Below, one piece after another: positions 20,201 through 28,249 of a stretch of DNA of 64,000 nucleotides. The notes under the pieces were generated by a model. That model searched no databases and had not been told where the DNA came from. It saw only the letters and a program-made list of their open reading frames with translations. Every line of letters begins with the position of its first letter. The stretch's first letter is position 1. The stretch comes from Planctomycetota bacterium (lineage in GTDB: Bacteria > Planctomycetota > UBA1135), in the NCBI GenBank assembly GCA_045047305.1, contig JASFYO010000003.1, positions 64,001 through 128,000 of the forward strand, read 5' to 3'. The position numbers were made by a program, and so were the translations under genes.

Positions 20201-20651
20201 TGGTCCAATCACGATTATCCCTGAGTTGAATGACACGGATTTTGGGAATCCAATCTGGAGCCGAGTGAATACTTCTGACCCCGGAGCAGGTATTGGCACT
20301 GTCCTAGAAATCGACCCAGGCAATGGGACTGGACCTGGAAGGGTTTGGAAGGATTTCGGCTTTCCTGCTGACACGGACTTTTCTGAGTACTACATAGTTT
20401 ATGATGTCTTGGTTTCTCCAGGAAATGTTGGAAGTACTCATGAAATCTCTCTTTCCTGTCCGGACAACCCAAGCATCGGCGATGTCGTTGCAACTTTTAC
20501 CGATTCTGGCCGCATCATGGTAGTTCTAGATGGTGTCCCTCCTTTTGAGCGCAGCACACTCCTTGAACTTGCCATTGTGAATTCAGGTTCAATAGATTTC
20601 GTTTTGAATTCAGTAGAGCGTTCTCATGCACCTGCGTTGTGTGCGAATTGA
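17217..20651 (+). CDS. CRTAC1-like FG-GAP repeat protein with ASPIC/UnbV domain
   Basis: DLNGDGFPE, DYNNDGKLD, DMNRDGRLD, MGIAVADYDMDGDMD, GWGGAFGDFDMDGDMD; AIGAKV...TQTREL...LEFGVG...VLWPCG. Confidence 0.88.
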   Translation: MILAALFSSAFLTLSCPQAEFSFEDSTVDVKLRDTSSLIINSRYTSQTQDSHIIGGSFVDLNGDGFPELILPAQRNVGFPHLQDEGGFLILANLPDPQNPQVRIFDNSPLEHAPSNPNFFDTPFPGSRAHEVQGILAGDYNNDGKLDLLIVCGGEYKATPGSPTDMSIFEGVVGADSPVDKPLRNLLYINMTETEAEVLGGGGTFNPAEFSFGLVNYGDTDPNANGAFQAFDGHGIQYTQEPSSVIPAYQTTPSQPEDFDVHGILVRDKTIFPTHSSVAAASDMNRDGRLDLFIGSHHSGGGAGGGYRSGQMNGLYLNVGNVGKVVTKYTVINGALQGGGVSVSALVPQFVDITYDRNNYPEAFPPPPGGQPVISTDLIAWQDYLPLFGLQGRCNCRDSYLIPCSDPIKRFSALNSVVFTDVNNDNWPDMILGNKGFGASSFFGPIHSEFPGVGGLFPSYKWMDPDSIYINRGSRLNPATGIYEWLGYWNRGWDLLESSPTPYQTNAPMGIAVADYDMDGDMDFYLSDVSFDLGEIEDLYQLVGDQHMSMGGWFFRNETQVAEGQFEQTDIAFQFSGGDLVEPNGAGGGQLDLRGTSVTPMWFGWGGAFGDFDMDGDMDLYAGAHGDLGRPDGDRFLEAIFSGSPAFTDPISGLLVPMEAMWDRVFENTRAGTDAATFNSSGHIQMVDYNPAEAHAPLLDFPNNYLAPEITRRNVTTNVLSGDYDQDGFIDLVVLPGSSSANGLRSMQVFHGLGNTQGAPNGRLTIRLDGGTSCASCTQHAIGAKVMLTAWLDGTTPMTQTRELRIGGANGATTDSLPLEFGVGLHPVGTSIGYTVLWPCGSEESGTLTGSATITHTTCPPPIAWDVFVAVPPFQPFDVSDATVPIQVMAQLSVSGGGGLEALGIAASELSMRNSGSGDSFFPVGMDHLFTDFTGSQSGPLGLPQGGYFRFDVTPIRYPVDLDAQGFPIATDYDLRVRSWNRALDSSEADSSTGLGPITIIPELNDTDFGNPIWSRVNTSDPGAGIGTVLEIDPGNGTGPGRVWKDFGFPADTDFSEYYIVYDVLVSPGNVGSTHEISLSCPDNPSIGDVVATFTDSGRIMVVLDGVPPFERSTLLELAIVNSGSIDFVLNSVERSHAPALCAN

Positions 20652-20693
20652 GAGGCATCGGCTTCTAGGGGAGTAAGCTAACCGCCTCCTTTT

Positions 20694-20724
20694 GAGCCTG
20701 GACAAAGATTGTCCAGGCTCTTTT
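20694..20724 (+). terminator. Rho-independent terminator
   Basis: GAGCCTGGACAA-AGA-TTGTCCAGGCTC-TTTT. Confidence 0.85.
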
Positions 20725-20788
20725 CGTTTGCCCGGAGGGTAGCTCCTAGGCTCGCTGGGGGAGGCGTGTCCCCGTTGACCATTGCATA

Positions 20789-20925
20789 AACGCCGGCATT
20801 CGCGATTTCGAGCTCGAAACTTACACCCTTCCGGTGCTGCCGGCGGAGTTTCTGGCCGAACGTGGGCAGGTCGGCACCATGGTCGATGAAAGTTTGTCGT
20901 GTATTCAGGCTCTCACGCTTGACAC
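20789..20925 (+). repeat. Direct repeat copy 2 (orphan eboE 3' fragment, reads ...NAGIRDFELETYTLP...LTLDTR*)
   Basis: 134/137 identity to 15344-15480; codon similarity extends upstream (VDHCI vs VGQCL). Confidence 0.97.
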
Positions 20926-20947
20926 GAGGTAGGACGGCCTTTATCTT
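20919..20947 (+). promoter_or_regulatory. Sigma70 promoter of tRNA-Glu
   Basis: TTGACA-17 nt-TATCTT, 27 nt upstream of the tRNA. Confidence 0.8.
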
Positions 20948-20974
20948 TCTCGCCGGTTTGCCCGTTGGGCACCC

Positions 20975-21052
20975 GGTCCCATCGTCTAGTCTGGCCTAGG
21001 ACACCAGGTTTTCATCCTGGCAACAGGGGTTCGAATCCCCTTGGGATCACCA
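20975..21052 (+). tRNA. tRNA-Glu (TTC)
   Basis: Acceptor GGTCCCA/TGGGATC, anticodon arm CCAGG-TTTTCAT-CCTGG, T-arm GGGG-TTCGAAT-CCCC, encoded CCA. Confidence 0.97.
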
Positions 21053-21057
21053 AGCAG

Positions 21058-21092
21058 CCCGTCAATTTCTCACGAAATTGGCGGGTTTTTTT
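21058..21092 (+). terminator. Rho-independent terminator after tRNA-Glu
   Basis: CCCGTCAATTTC-TCAC-GAAATTGGCGGG-T7. Confidence 0.9.
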
Positions 21093-21097
21093 ATGCC

Positions 21098-22003
21098 TCA
21101 ATCGGCAAGCGGATGCGCCTGCTGATACAGCTTGCGCAAGCCTTCCACCGAGACGTGGGTGTAGATCTGCGTGCTGCCCAAACTGGCGTGCCCGAGCAGC
21201 TCCTGAACGCTGCGTAAATCCGCGCCACGGCTGAGCAAATGGGTGGCAAAACTATGCCGCAAAGTGTGCGGCGAACAATGCCGATGGATGCCAGCGCGTT
21301 GTAAACACTTCTCCAAAATCCGTCGCACCGAACGGTCGGTTAGGCGAGTGCCAAAACGATTCAGGAACAAGGTTCCGCGGTCCAGTTGCATGATGCCCTT
21401 ATGCACAAAGTAGCGCTCCAGGGCCTGGCATGCCGGTTTGCCCAGCATGCCCAAGCGCTCCTTGCGTCCCTTGCCTTGCAGACGCGTCAGCCCGCGGCGC
21501 AAGTCCACATCGTGCTCATTCAGTGCCACCAACTCGGCAACACGACAGCCAGTGGAGTAAAGCACCTCCAATAGCGCGCGGTCGCGATACTCCTCGGCAT
21601 CCTCTGCACAGGGGGCCGCCAGCAGGCGTTCAATTTCCTCTTCTTCCAGGAAGCGTGGCAGCCGCCGGCCTTTGCGCGGTCCGCGCAACGCAGATGCCGG
21701 ATTGGTTTGGATATGCCCCACCTCTTCCATCCACGCAAAGAAAATGCGCAGGGTACTCAGATGGCGTGCCAAGGTCGATGGGCTTAAGCCTTCTTCGGTC
21801 AAGGTGCCTAAATAAAGCCGCAGTCGTGCTGTGCGGAGCTCCATCGGCGGGGGTAGCGGCAGTTCTTCTGGCTGCGGGGCAAGGTAGGCAAAGAAGCGCA
21901 CCAAATCCCTCTGGTAAGCGTTCAGAGTGTTGGGGCTGACCTGCCGCACATCGCGCAAATGGCCCATGAAGGCGTCGCGCAGCTGGAGGAGGTCATGGGG
22001 CAT
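21098..22003 (-). CDS. xerC: Tyrosine recombinase XerC/XerD type
   Basis: SPNTLNAYQRDL, GCRVAEL, GKGRKER, HTLRHSFATHLL..GADLRSVQELLGH..L.STQIYTHV; xerC versus xerD is uncertain. Confidence 0.85.
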   Translation of the reverse strand: MPHDLLQLRDAFMGHLRDVRQVSPNTLNAYQRDLVRFFAYLAPQPEELPLPPPMELRTARLRLYLGTLTEEGLSPSTLARHLSTLRIFFAWMEEVGHIQTNPASALRGPRKGRRLPRFLEEEEIERLLAAPCAEDAEEYRDRALLEVLYSTGCRVAELVALNEHDVDLRRGLTRLQGKGRKERLGMLGKPACQALERYFVHKGIMQLDRGTLFLNRFGTRLTDRSVRRILEKCLQRAGIHRHCSPHTLRHSFATHLLSRGADLRSVQELLGHASLGSTQIYTHVSVEGLRKLYQQAHPLAD

Positions 22004-22047
22004 AGAGCCATCATACTCTTAGGGCAAAGGCCTCGACTGCTTGCGGA

Positions 22048-23028
22048 CTACTTCATCTTCCCGAGTAGACGCGCACGCACACGCGGGTGCAGTTGGAGAA
22101 TGGGTGATAGTGGCGGAGTTTCTTCGGTAGCCTTTTTTACGGATTCAAATACGGGAGCCCGGCCGATGGAAAGCAGAAATGCATCCAGGGTGCTGGTGAA
22201 TAATGGCCGGGCTTTTTTGTGTTCCAAAATGCCAGCCGTGGTTGCCATGATATGCGCCAATAAGAGTGCATCACGGTCTTTGGAAAAGGACAGGATGGTC
22301 CCGGCATCGTAATAAGCCTGGGCGCTCTTTAAGCATCCTTTAGCAATCCAGGCCTGTGTTTCTTGGAGCATAGCTTGCCACTTGGCTAATCCTTTCTCGT
22401 CTTTTGCCGCAGAAGCCTTTTTCGCTTTCTTAGCAGTGCTTTTCAAATACTTCTCCGCTGCCTTGATGGACTTTTTGTTCCGCGTATTTCCTTTAAGAGG
22501 GGTGCCCGTTAATCCGCTGGCGTCTCCTCGATACAACGCAACGATTGCGTCGCTTAATAAAGCAGAAGTATCCCCCAAATCCAAACCGGCCTCGTCGAAT
22601 GTTTGTGAGCCAAAGCGTTGCGGCATATCGACATAACCCAAAAAACGGTCGAGTGCCGCGGCGGCCATGAAATAGGCTTCATCCATTTGCTCCATGGAAG
22701 CAGTCGAAGCCAAAATATGCGCCATCAAGAAATCGTCGGTGCCGGTGCCGTGCTGTAAAAGCCAAGCCGCATAGTTGTAGTCCTTGGGGGTGCTCATGAG
22801 ACCCGCAGCGACTAAGGCCGTAACCCGTGTATGGCGCTCGTCAGAACGCTTGGCGAGTTCCTCTTCCGAAACCTCGCCCCATAAGTTTTGATCTTCTTGG
22901 TCAGCTTGGTAAAGCGCAGCTAATTCCACGCTTGCTCTCTGTAGTTCCTTTTTACTGACCTTTTTCTGTGCTAATGCTGGAGACAGAAGGAGGAAGCTGG
23001 CGAGTAAGATTGAGAGGTAGGTTCGCAT
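22048..23028 (-). CDS. Secreted helical hypothetical protein with a duplicated domain
   Basis: Signal MRTYLSILLASFLLLSPALA|Q; the track start 23526 overlaps pabB so ATG23028 was chosen. Confidence 0.75.
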   Translation of the reverse strand: MRTYLSILLASFLLLSPALAQKKVSKKELQRASVELAALYQADQEDQNLWGEVSEEELAKRSDERHTRVTALVAAGLMSTPKDYNYAAWLLQHGTGTDDFLMAHILASTASMEQMDEAYFMAAAALDRFLGYVDMPQRFGSQTFDEAGLDLGDTSALLSDAIVALYRGDASGLTGTPLKGNTRNKKSIKAAEKYLKSTAKKAKKASAAKDEKGLAKWQAMLQETQAWIAKGCLKSAQAYYDAGTILSFSKDRDALLLAHIMATTAGILEHKKARPLFTSTLDAFLLSIGRAPVFESVKKATEETPPLSPILQLHPRVRARLLGKMK

Positions 23029-23139
23029 GAGGTTTAGGCCGTAGTCTGGTCCGCGTTGAGCGTAAGCCATCGTTATCTTGAATAGCGTAGAATAAGCTCC
23101 TCTTGGACAGGAGATTTCGATTTCTCGCCGAACCACCTC

Positions 23140-24510
23140 ATGACCACCCTCCGCGTCACCTGCCTTGCACGGTCCCGCAACTTGCCCTCGCCCGCGGTTT
23201 GCCTGCAGGCTTTGGATGGTGGTATGGAGCCCATGTTGCTGGAGAGTTCCAGTGGAGATGGATTCACCGTGCTTGCGTGGTCGCCTGATCGGCATTTGCG
23301 AGGCAATGTCCATCCCGACGGCCGCGATGACCACGCTTGGCCTCTTGCCTCCACCGACCCGGCACAGTTGCTGGAAGACGCCTCGGCCGATGAATCGTGG
23401 GAGTTCGAAGCCGGTTTGCCTCATGTTGGAGTTGGTTGGATTGGCTGGTTCGGCTTTGAGTGCGGTCATGCTTTTGAAAACTTCCCGTGGAATCCTCCAT
23501 ACCCAGACGGCTGGCCTGATTACCACTTTGCCCGCTACCGCCAGGCATTAGTTTGGTTACCGGATGGCGAGTGTTTGTTGTTGCAGGCCCAGGTGCAAGG
23601 CAATGAAGACCGTGCGCGCGCTTTGCAGTGGTTCGAGAAGTTACAACAGGTTCAGCCGGAAGCGGAAAAGGAAAACTCCACGCTTGACCTCACGCAATTG
23701 AGCGCTGAAATCGGAGAACATCGGTTCTGCGCCGACGTCACTCGCTTGCGTGACTGGATTGGCGAAGGCGAACTATTCCAAGCGAACCTTTCGCATTTCC
23801 TCAGCGGCCCCTTCCGCCATGCCGCGCGCGCGCTTTATGCCCAGCTGCGCGAATCCCAGCCGACTGCGATGAGTGCTTACTGGGAAGATGCGCGGGGCCA
23901 CGCCTTGGTTTCGCATTCGCCGGAACGTTTTCTCCAAGTGCGTGGTGCATCTCTTCTTACCGAACCGATTAAGGGCACGGCAAAACGCGGCGCAAGTGCT
24001 GAGGAAGATGTACAAATTGCCGCTGACTTAGAAGTCGATCAAAAGGAAGTCGCCGAGTTGACTATGATTGTGGATATGGCGCGCAATGATTTAGGCCGCA
24101 TAGCGGAAGTCGGGGCGGTGGAAGTGCCGTCTGCGGGGGAAGTGGAAAGTTACCCCACCTTGTTTCATCGCATAGCAACGGTGCGTGCGCGCTGGAATCC
24201 TGAAAAAGGCCTTGCCGCGCTCCTACGCGCCACATTCCCTCCGGCATCGGTGACAGGCGCTCCCAAAGTGCGTGCGCTGCAGGCCATTGCGGAGCTGGAA
24301 CGTCGTGCGCGGGGACCTTATTGCGGATGCCTCGGCTATTGGATCCCTGGCCCAGAACCGCATGCCGATTTCTCGGTGTTGATTCGCACTGCCACGCTAT
24401 CGCGCGAACGACTACGCCTAGCGGTAGGCGCCGGCATCGTATGGGATTCCGATCCCGAACGAGAATGGCATGAGACCTTGCTCAAGGGACGTTACCTTAC
24501 CGGCGCATGA
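23140..24510 (+). CDS. pabB: Aminodeoxychorismate synthase component I / chorismate-binding enzyme
   Basis: GELFQANLS, SPERFL, PIKGT, ELTMIVDMARNDLGR, FPPASVTGAPKVRA, RGPYCG, IRT, GAGIVWDS; adjacent to a class IV aminotransferase. Confidence 0.8.
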   Translation: MTTLRVTCLARSRNLPSPAVCLQALDGGMEPMLLESSSGDGFTVLAWSPDRHLRGNVHPDGRDDHAWPLASTDPAQLLEDASADESWEFEAGLPHVGVGWIGWFGFECGHAFENFPWNPPYPDGWPDYHFARYRQALVWLPDGECLLLQAQVQGNEDRARALQWFEKLQQVQPEAEKENSTLDLTQLSAEIGEHRFCADVTRLRDWIGEGELFQANLSHFLSGPFRHAARALYAQLRESQPTAMSAYWEDARGHALVSHSPERFLQVRGASLLTEPIKGTAKRGASAEEDVQIAADLEVDQKEVAELTMIVDMARNDLGRIAEVGAVEVPSAGEVESYPTLFHRIATVRARWNPEKGLAALLRATFPPASVTGAPKVRALQAIAELERRARGPYCGCLGYWIPGPEPHADFSVLIRTATLSRERLRLAVGAGIVWDSDPEREWHETLLKGRYLTGA

Positions 24511-25349
24511 AGCCCGTCCAGGACCCAACCCGCATCCTCATGTTGGATGGTGCCATCTATGATGCCGAGCAACCCTCGCTGCTTGCAAGTTGGCCGGGCG
24601 TGTTGCGCGGAGAAGGCATATTTGAAACCTTTTTGGTGCGTGGCGGGGTGCCATCGCCCATGCTGCCGCAACACGATGCCCGCTTGGTTCACAGCGCCAA
24701 ACTCACCGGCTTCAGCGTTGCGGCGGGAGACCTCACTGCTCAGTATCAGAAGTTCGCGCAGCTCTTGGATGACAGCAATTGGAGGGTGCGCCTTACGGTT
24801 CTGCGCGGCCTAGAAAACCAGCAGCATTTCATGTGGACTGCTGGGGCGGAACCGGCGCAAAAGGAGTGCGTCACGCTACAAATCTCTGACCATCGGCTCG
24901 ACCCGCTGGACCCGATAGCAGGGGCAAAAACCGTGTCCCGCATAGGCCTTCAGGTCGCGCGTAAGAAGGCTCAGGATCTCGGCGCTTACGATGCCATTCT
25001 GCGCACCATCGATGGCGATTTGGCCGAAGGCACCTCCACCAACCTCTTCCTGTGGATGGACGATGCCCTCCACACGCCGAGCCTAGATCGGGGCATTTTG
25101 GGTGGCGTTACCCGTCAAACGGTGCTGAAGGCCTGTAGAGCGGCCGACATTCCAGTTTTTGAGCGAAGAATCGAGTTAAAGGAGCTGGCCTCGGCCGTAG
25201 AGGTATATATCACCAATGCAGTGATTGGCGTGACTCCGGTTGCGAGTATCCTGCAGTGGAGAGACCAGCTTCCCGGCCCCAAGGGCCCCGCCCTCCAGCG
25301 GATTCGGCAAGCTTATGTCGCTTACCTCGCGTCAATGACCCCAGCCTGA
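24507..25349 (+). CDS. pabC: Class IV PLP aminotransferase / probable ADC lyase
   Basis: GEGIFET, AKT (PLP Lys), AEGTSTNLF, LHTP...ILGGVTR; coupled to pabB. Confidence 0.7.
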   Translation: MKPVQDPTRILMLDGAIYDAEQPSLLASWPGVLRGEGIFETFLVRGGVPSPMLPQHDARLVHSAKLTGFSVAAGDLTAQYQKFAQLLDDSNWRVRLTVLRGLENQQHFMWTAGAEPAQKECVTLQISDHRLDPLDPIAGAKTVSRIGLQVARKKAQDLGAYDAILRTIDGDLAEGTSTNLFLWMDDALHTPSLDRGILGGVTRQTVLKACRAADIPVFERRIELKELASAVEVYITNAVIGVTPVASILQWRDQLPGPKGPALQRIRQAYVAYLASMTPA

Positions 25350-26215
25350 TGGACCCCATGCTCGCACTTCTCACTCTTACTTTTCTTTCTGCTCCACTGA
25401 ATCTCGAAACTTCTGTTTCTGAGGTGCCTGTACTGCATACCCAGGAACCAGAGTTGAAAGAGGCGTTTAAGCGTTTCGACAAAATTCTAAAAAGCAAAAC
25501 CAACGAGGGGGAAGCCATCAGCATGATGGATACTTTCGTTGGGCGTTACCGTACGGCTCAAGAGCGTATCGATAGTATTGATGACTCCATCTCTATTGAT
25601 GAGGGAGATAAGAAGCTCTTGTTGAAGGAACGCAAGGGGCTGCGCAAGGTGCAAAACTCCCTGGCGGAAACGGTTTATTCTTCGATGACCCATAAAGGGC
25701 GTAAAGCCATCACCGAACCGAATCTACAGTTGTTTCGTGCCGCCGCCTACAGCCTTGGACAAATGGGCTCGGTGGGTGCGCATTATTTATGGAAGGGTTT
25801 CGAAAATAAAAAGTTTAAGGACAACCCAGACTTTCGCGGTCTTTGCCTTGAGCAAATCGGCTATACCCATGCTTATGAAGAATTTACTGAAGAGTTGGTC
25901 GATCTTCTCGATCATCATGAGTACTTGTTCATTGCGAAGGCCAGTGAAGCCTTAGCGCAATTTAGTGGTGCGCCAGGCCGTTTACGCAGGGATGCAGTCG
26001 AACGCCTGACCCAGTTGTTGTCGCAAAACTGGGAAGCCACGATTAGCAATAAGACCGACGAAGAAGCGCAGAAAAAATACCGCAAAACGGGGCAACCGAT
26101 GCGCAATGCGCTCGAAGCTCTTACCGGCGTAAGCCAAAGTGACCCACAAGCTTGGACCACCTGGTGGAACAAGAACAAGAAGGACAAAGAGATTTGGTCC
26201 AACCACGAGGATTAA
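25349..26215 (+). CDS. Exported alpha-helical (HEAT-like) hypothetical protein
   Basis: Hydrophobic N-terminus; RAAAYSLGQMG, KASEALAQF, ALEALTG..SDPQAWTTWWNKNK HEAT-like cap. Confidence 0.7.
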   Translation: MDPMLALLTLTFLSAPLNLETSVSEVPVLHTQEPELKEAFKRFDKILKSKTNEGEAISMMDTFVGRYRTAQERIDSIDDSISIDEGDKKLLLKERKGLRKVQNSLAETVYSSMTHKGRKAITEPNLQLFRAAAYSLGQMGSVGAHYLWKGFENKKFKDNPDFRGLCLEQIGYTHAYEEFTEELVDLLDHHEYLFIAKASEALAQFSGAPGRLRRDAVERLTQLLSQNWEATISNKTDEEAQKKYRKTGQPMRNALEALTGVSQSDPQAWTTWWNKNKKDKEIWSNHED

Positions 26216-26823
26216 ACTCCACTGCGATTTGCTTTGCGGCGCTACTCAGTTCGGCACTTCTGCTGCCGGCTTGTGGGCGCGGTGAGGCCGGGGATCAAGC
26301 TTTAGGTCCGGCAGCAAATATCCATTTAGAGGGTCGACGCGCTTGGACCGGTGGCCAGGAAGGCGGCCCCTTTCTGCTGGTGGAGGAAATGAGTCAAGCA
26401 GCGCATGCCAGTGCGACCATTGGCGGTGAGGAAGAACTCTTTCGCTTCACTTTTTCGATACCAGCCGACACTCGGCTTCTGCGCGTCCAACTCATGGCCG
26501 ATGAACCAGGTCAGACGCTCGGCGAAGTCCTGGTCGACGGCATCGTATTTACACCTCTTGGGAATCCTCCGGAAGAGGTCGATGCACGCGCACGTCTGTA
26601 TTGGAATGGCGTCACTTCTGGCGTTCAGAAATACTTGTCCAAGTCCAGCCGAGCAACGCGAGCGACTTACTTAATCGCTGCACCTAGTGCGCCTGCGGTC
26701 GCTCCGGATGCCACACTGCAATGGCACCGCGGAGAGACTAGGATAGACCTTTCAGCACGTAACTGGAGTGAGCCGCAACGTCGCGCCTACCTGGATGCAC
26801 CTGCCGATTTTACCGATGAGTGA
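26194..26823 (+). CDS. Hypothetical lipoprotein (start uncertain)
   Basis: Lipobox LLLPAC; overlaps both neighbours in an operon. Confidence 0.6.
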   Translation: MVQPRGLNSTAICFAALLSSALLLPACGRGEAGDQALGPAANIHLEGRRAWTGGQEGGPFLLVEEMSQAAHASATIGGEEELFRFTFSIPADTRLLRVQLMADEPGQTLGEVLVDGIVFTPLGNPPEEVDARARLYWNGVTSGVQKYLSKSSRATRATYLIAAPSAPAVAPDATLQWHRGETRIDLSARNWSEPQRRAYLDAPADFTDE

Positions 26824-28246
26824 TTCTCTCGAACCAATCCCCGATCAGGACCAGCAGCTCGCGCGTCAAACAGCGCCCCAAGCTGGATCACTTTTGCGTC
26901 TGCGCGATGTCCAAGCGTTAAATCGCTCCTTTCGACGGCTCGCAGAAGTCCAGGAAGCCCTGCTTGACCGCTTGGAGACCCTGGAAGAGGAGAAGGCGAC
27001 ACAAGCAAAGATGAATGGGCCGTTGATGGCAATGGGCGGTGTGGTCATTGGATGTGGCTTGGCACTGCTGGCCTTTGTGATGTGGCAAGACAAAGCTGCT
27101 GAACAGCAACCTTTGTTGGTGCAACAAGAGCCGGCCGTGGTGAATGTGCCGCCCGCAGAAATCATCGTGCAGGGCCCGGATAACACCCAGTTGGTAGCAG
27201 CCTTCGATGCCATGAATGCCAACATGGAAAAGGTCATCGCAGCACAGGCGACTGATCGTCAGCAGTTGGGTGAGTTAACTCAGAAGTTGCTATTGTCGGA
27301 AGAGGAAAAGTTGAACTTGATGAAGGAGTTTGCGCTTGCCGAGGAACAGTATCGCACCGATTTGGTGAAGGCCTCGGAGGTGGAAACGGCCAAGTCCTTG
27401 CCACCAGTTGATCTGCAGTTGCCAGGTGAATCCCAACGTGCGGCGCCGGTTGGAGCGGTTGCGGAAGTGGTGGCTCCAGAAAAAACTTGGGTGAGCGTTA
27501 TCAATGGCCTGCTTGCTGCGGATGGCTACAGCGCGCTGCGGTTGCAAAAGGCTGCGCGGGTTGCCAATCAGGCGGCATTATCCGATGTCACCTGGATGTC
27601 CTGGAATCGCGAAGGCCTGGTCGATTCTATCATTCATGCGGATCGTCTCGAATTTGAGATGCATCGCATGAGTGGAAATCTAGTTTTGCGTTTCTTTGAT
27701 GGCGCGCGCACTTCCAATGGGTTGCGTACCTCCTTGCCGAAAGAAGGCTTGCGCTTAGATTTGGAGAGCCAAAACCTAGATGCTTGGGTGGAGCATTTCC
27801 CCGAACTGCGGGAAACCTCCTTGTCTGCAGTTGCTGAGAACGCTAATCCTGCAAATGCAGAGACTTCTTCGCCTCCGCCGGTCGACAACTTCTTGCGTGA
27901 TGCACGCAAGGTGCGGGTGGCTCTCGATGACCTCATTTCTCCCCGAGGTTCCTTCAGCTTCTATCGCTTGTCCTCGCTGGAATCGGTCGACGGTCGCCTG
28001 TTGCGTTTCGTGCAGATCAACTGGCACGATAACTCTGGCCGCTTGGTGAAAACCATCGAGGCAGACTCCCTTGAAGTTATTTTGCATAGCAACAATTCTG
28101 TGGAACTGCTGTTGCGTAACGGTGCCTTCCTTGATGGAACTAAGAAGAGCCCATTCTCTTCGGATCGGTTTAGCCTGCATCTTCCGCGTCAAGATATGGC
28201 TGCATGGCGTGCCTCCGGTGTGCCATACACTGAGGCTACAAGGTAA
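26816..28246 (+). CDS. Single-pass membrane protein with coiled coils and two tandem beta-rich domains
   Basis: TM GGVVIGCGLALLAFVMW; two ~100 aa repeats in the C-terminal half. Confidence 0.75.
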   Translation: MSDSLEPIPDQDQQLARQTAPQAGSLLRLRDVQALNRSFRRLAEVQEALLDRLETLEEEKATQAKMNGPLMAMGGVVIGCGLALLAFVMWQDKAAEQQPLLVQQEPAVVNVPPAEIIVQGPDNTQLVAAFDAMNANMEKVIAAQATDRQQLGELTQKLLLSEEEKLNLMKEFALAEEQYRTDLVKASEVETAKSLPPVDLQLPGESQRAAPVGAVAEVVAPEKTWVSVINGLLAADGYSALRLQKAARVANQAALSDVTWMSWNREGLVDSIIHADRLEFEMHRMSGNLVLRFFDGARTSNGLRTSLPKEGLRLDLESQNLDAWVEHFPELRETSLSAVAENANPANAETSSPPPVDNFLRDARKVRVALDDLISPRGSFSFYRLSSLESVDGRLLRFVQINWHDNSGRLVKTIEADSLEVILHSNNSVELLLRNGAFLDGTKKSPFSSDRFSLHLPRQDMAAWRASGVPYTEATR

Positions 28247-28249
28247 GTC

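Larger units (their letters stand above)
15481..20788. mobile_element. Putative inserted cassette (two FG-GAP genes) bounded by direct repeats; no integrase inside
   Basis: Flanking 137 bp direct repeats, visibly AT-richer sequence than flanks, own terminator. Confidence 0.6.

Noticed and set aside
20975..22003. tRNA-Glu plus adjacent tyrosine recombinase as a tRNA-integrated island
   Set aside because: The protein has housekeeping XerC/D motifs and size, I found no duplicated tRNA 3' fragment in the window, and core genes (pabB, xseA) follow. It also lies outside the eboE repeats and I saw no dif-like site.
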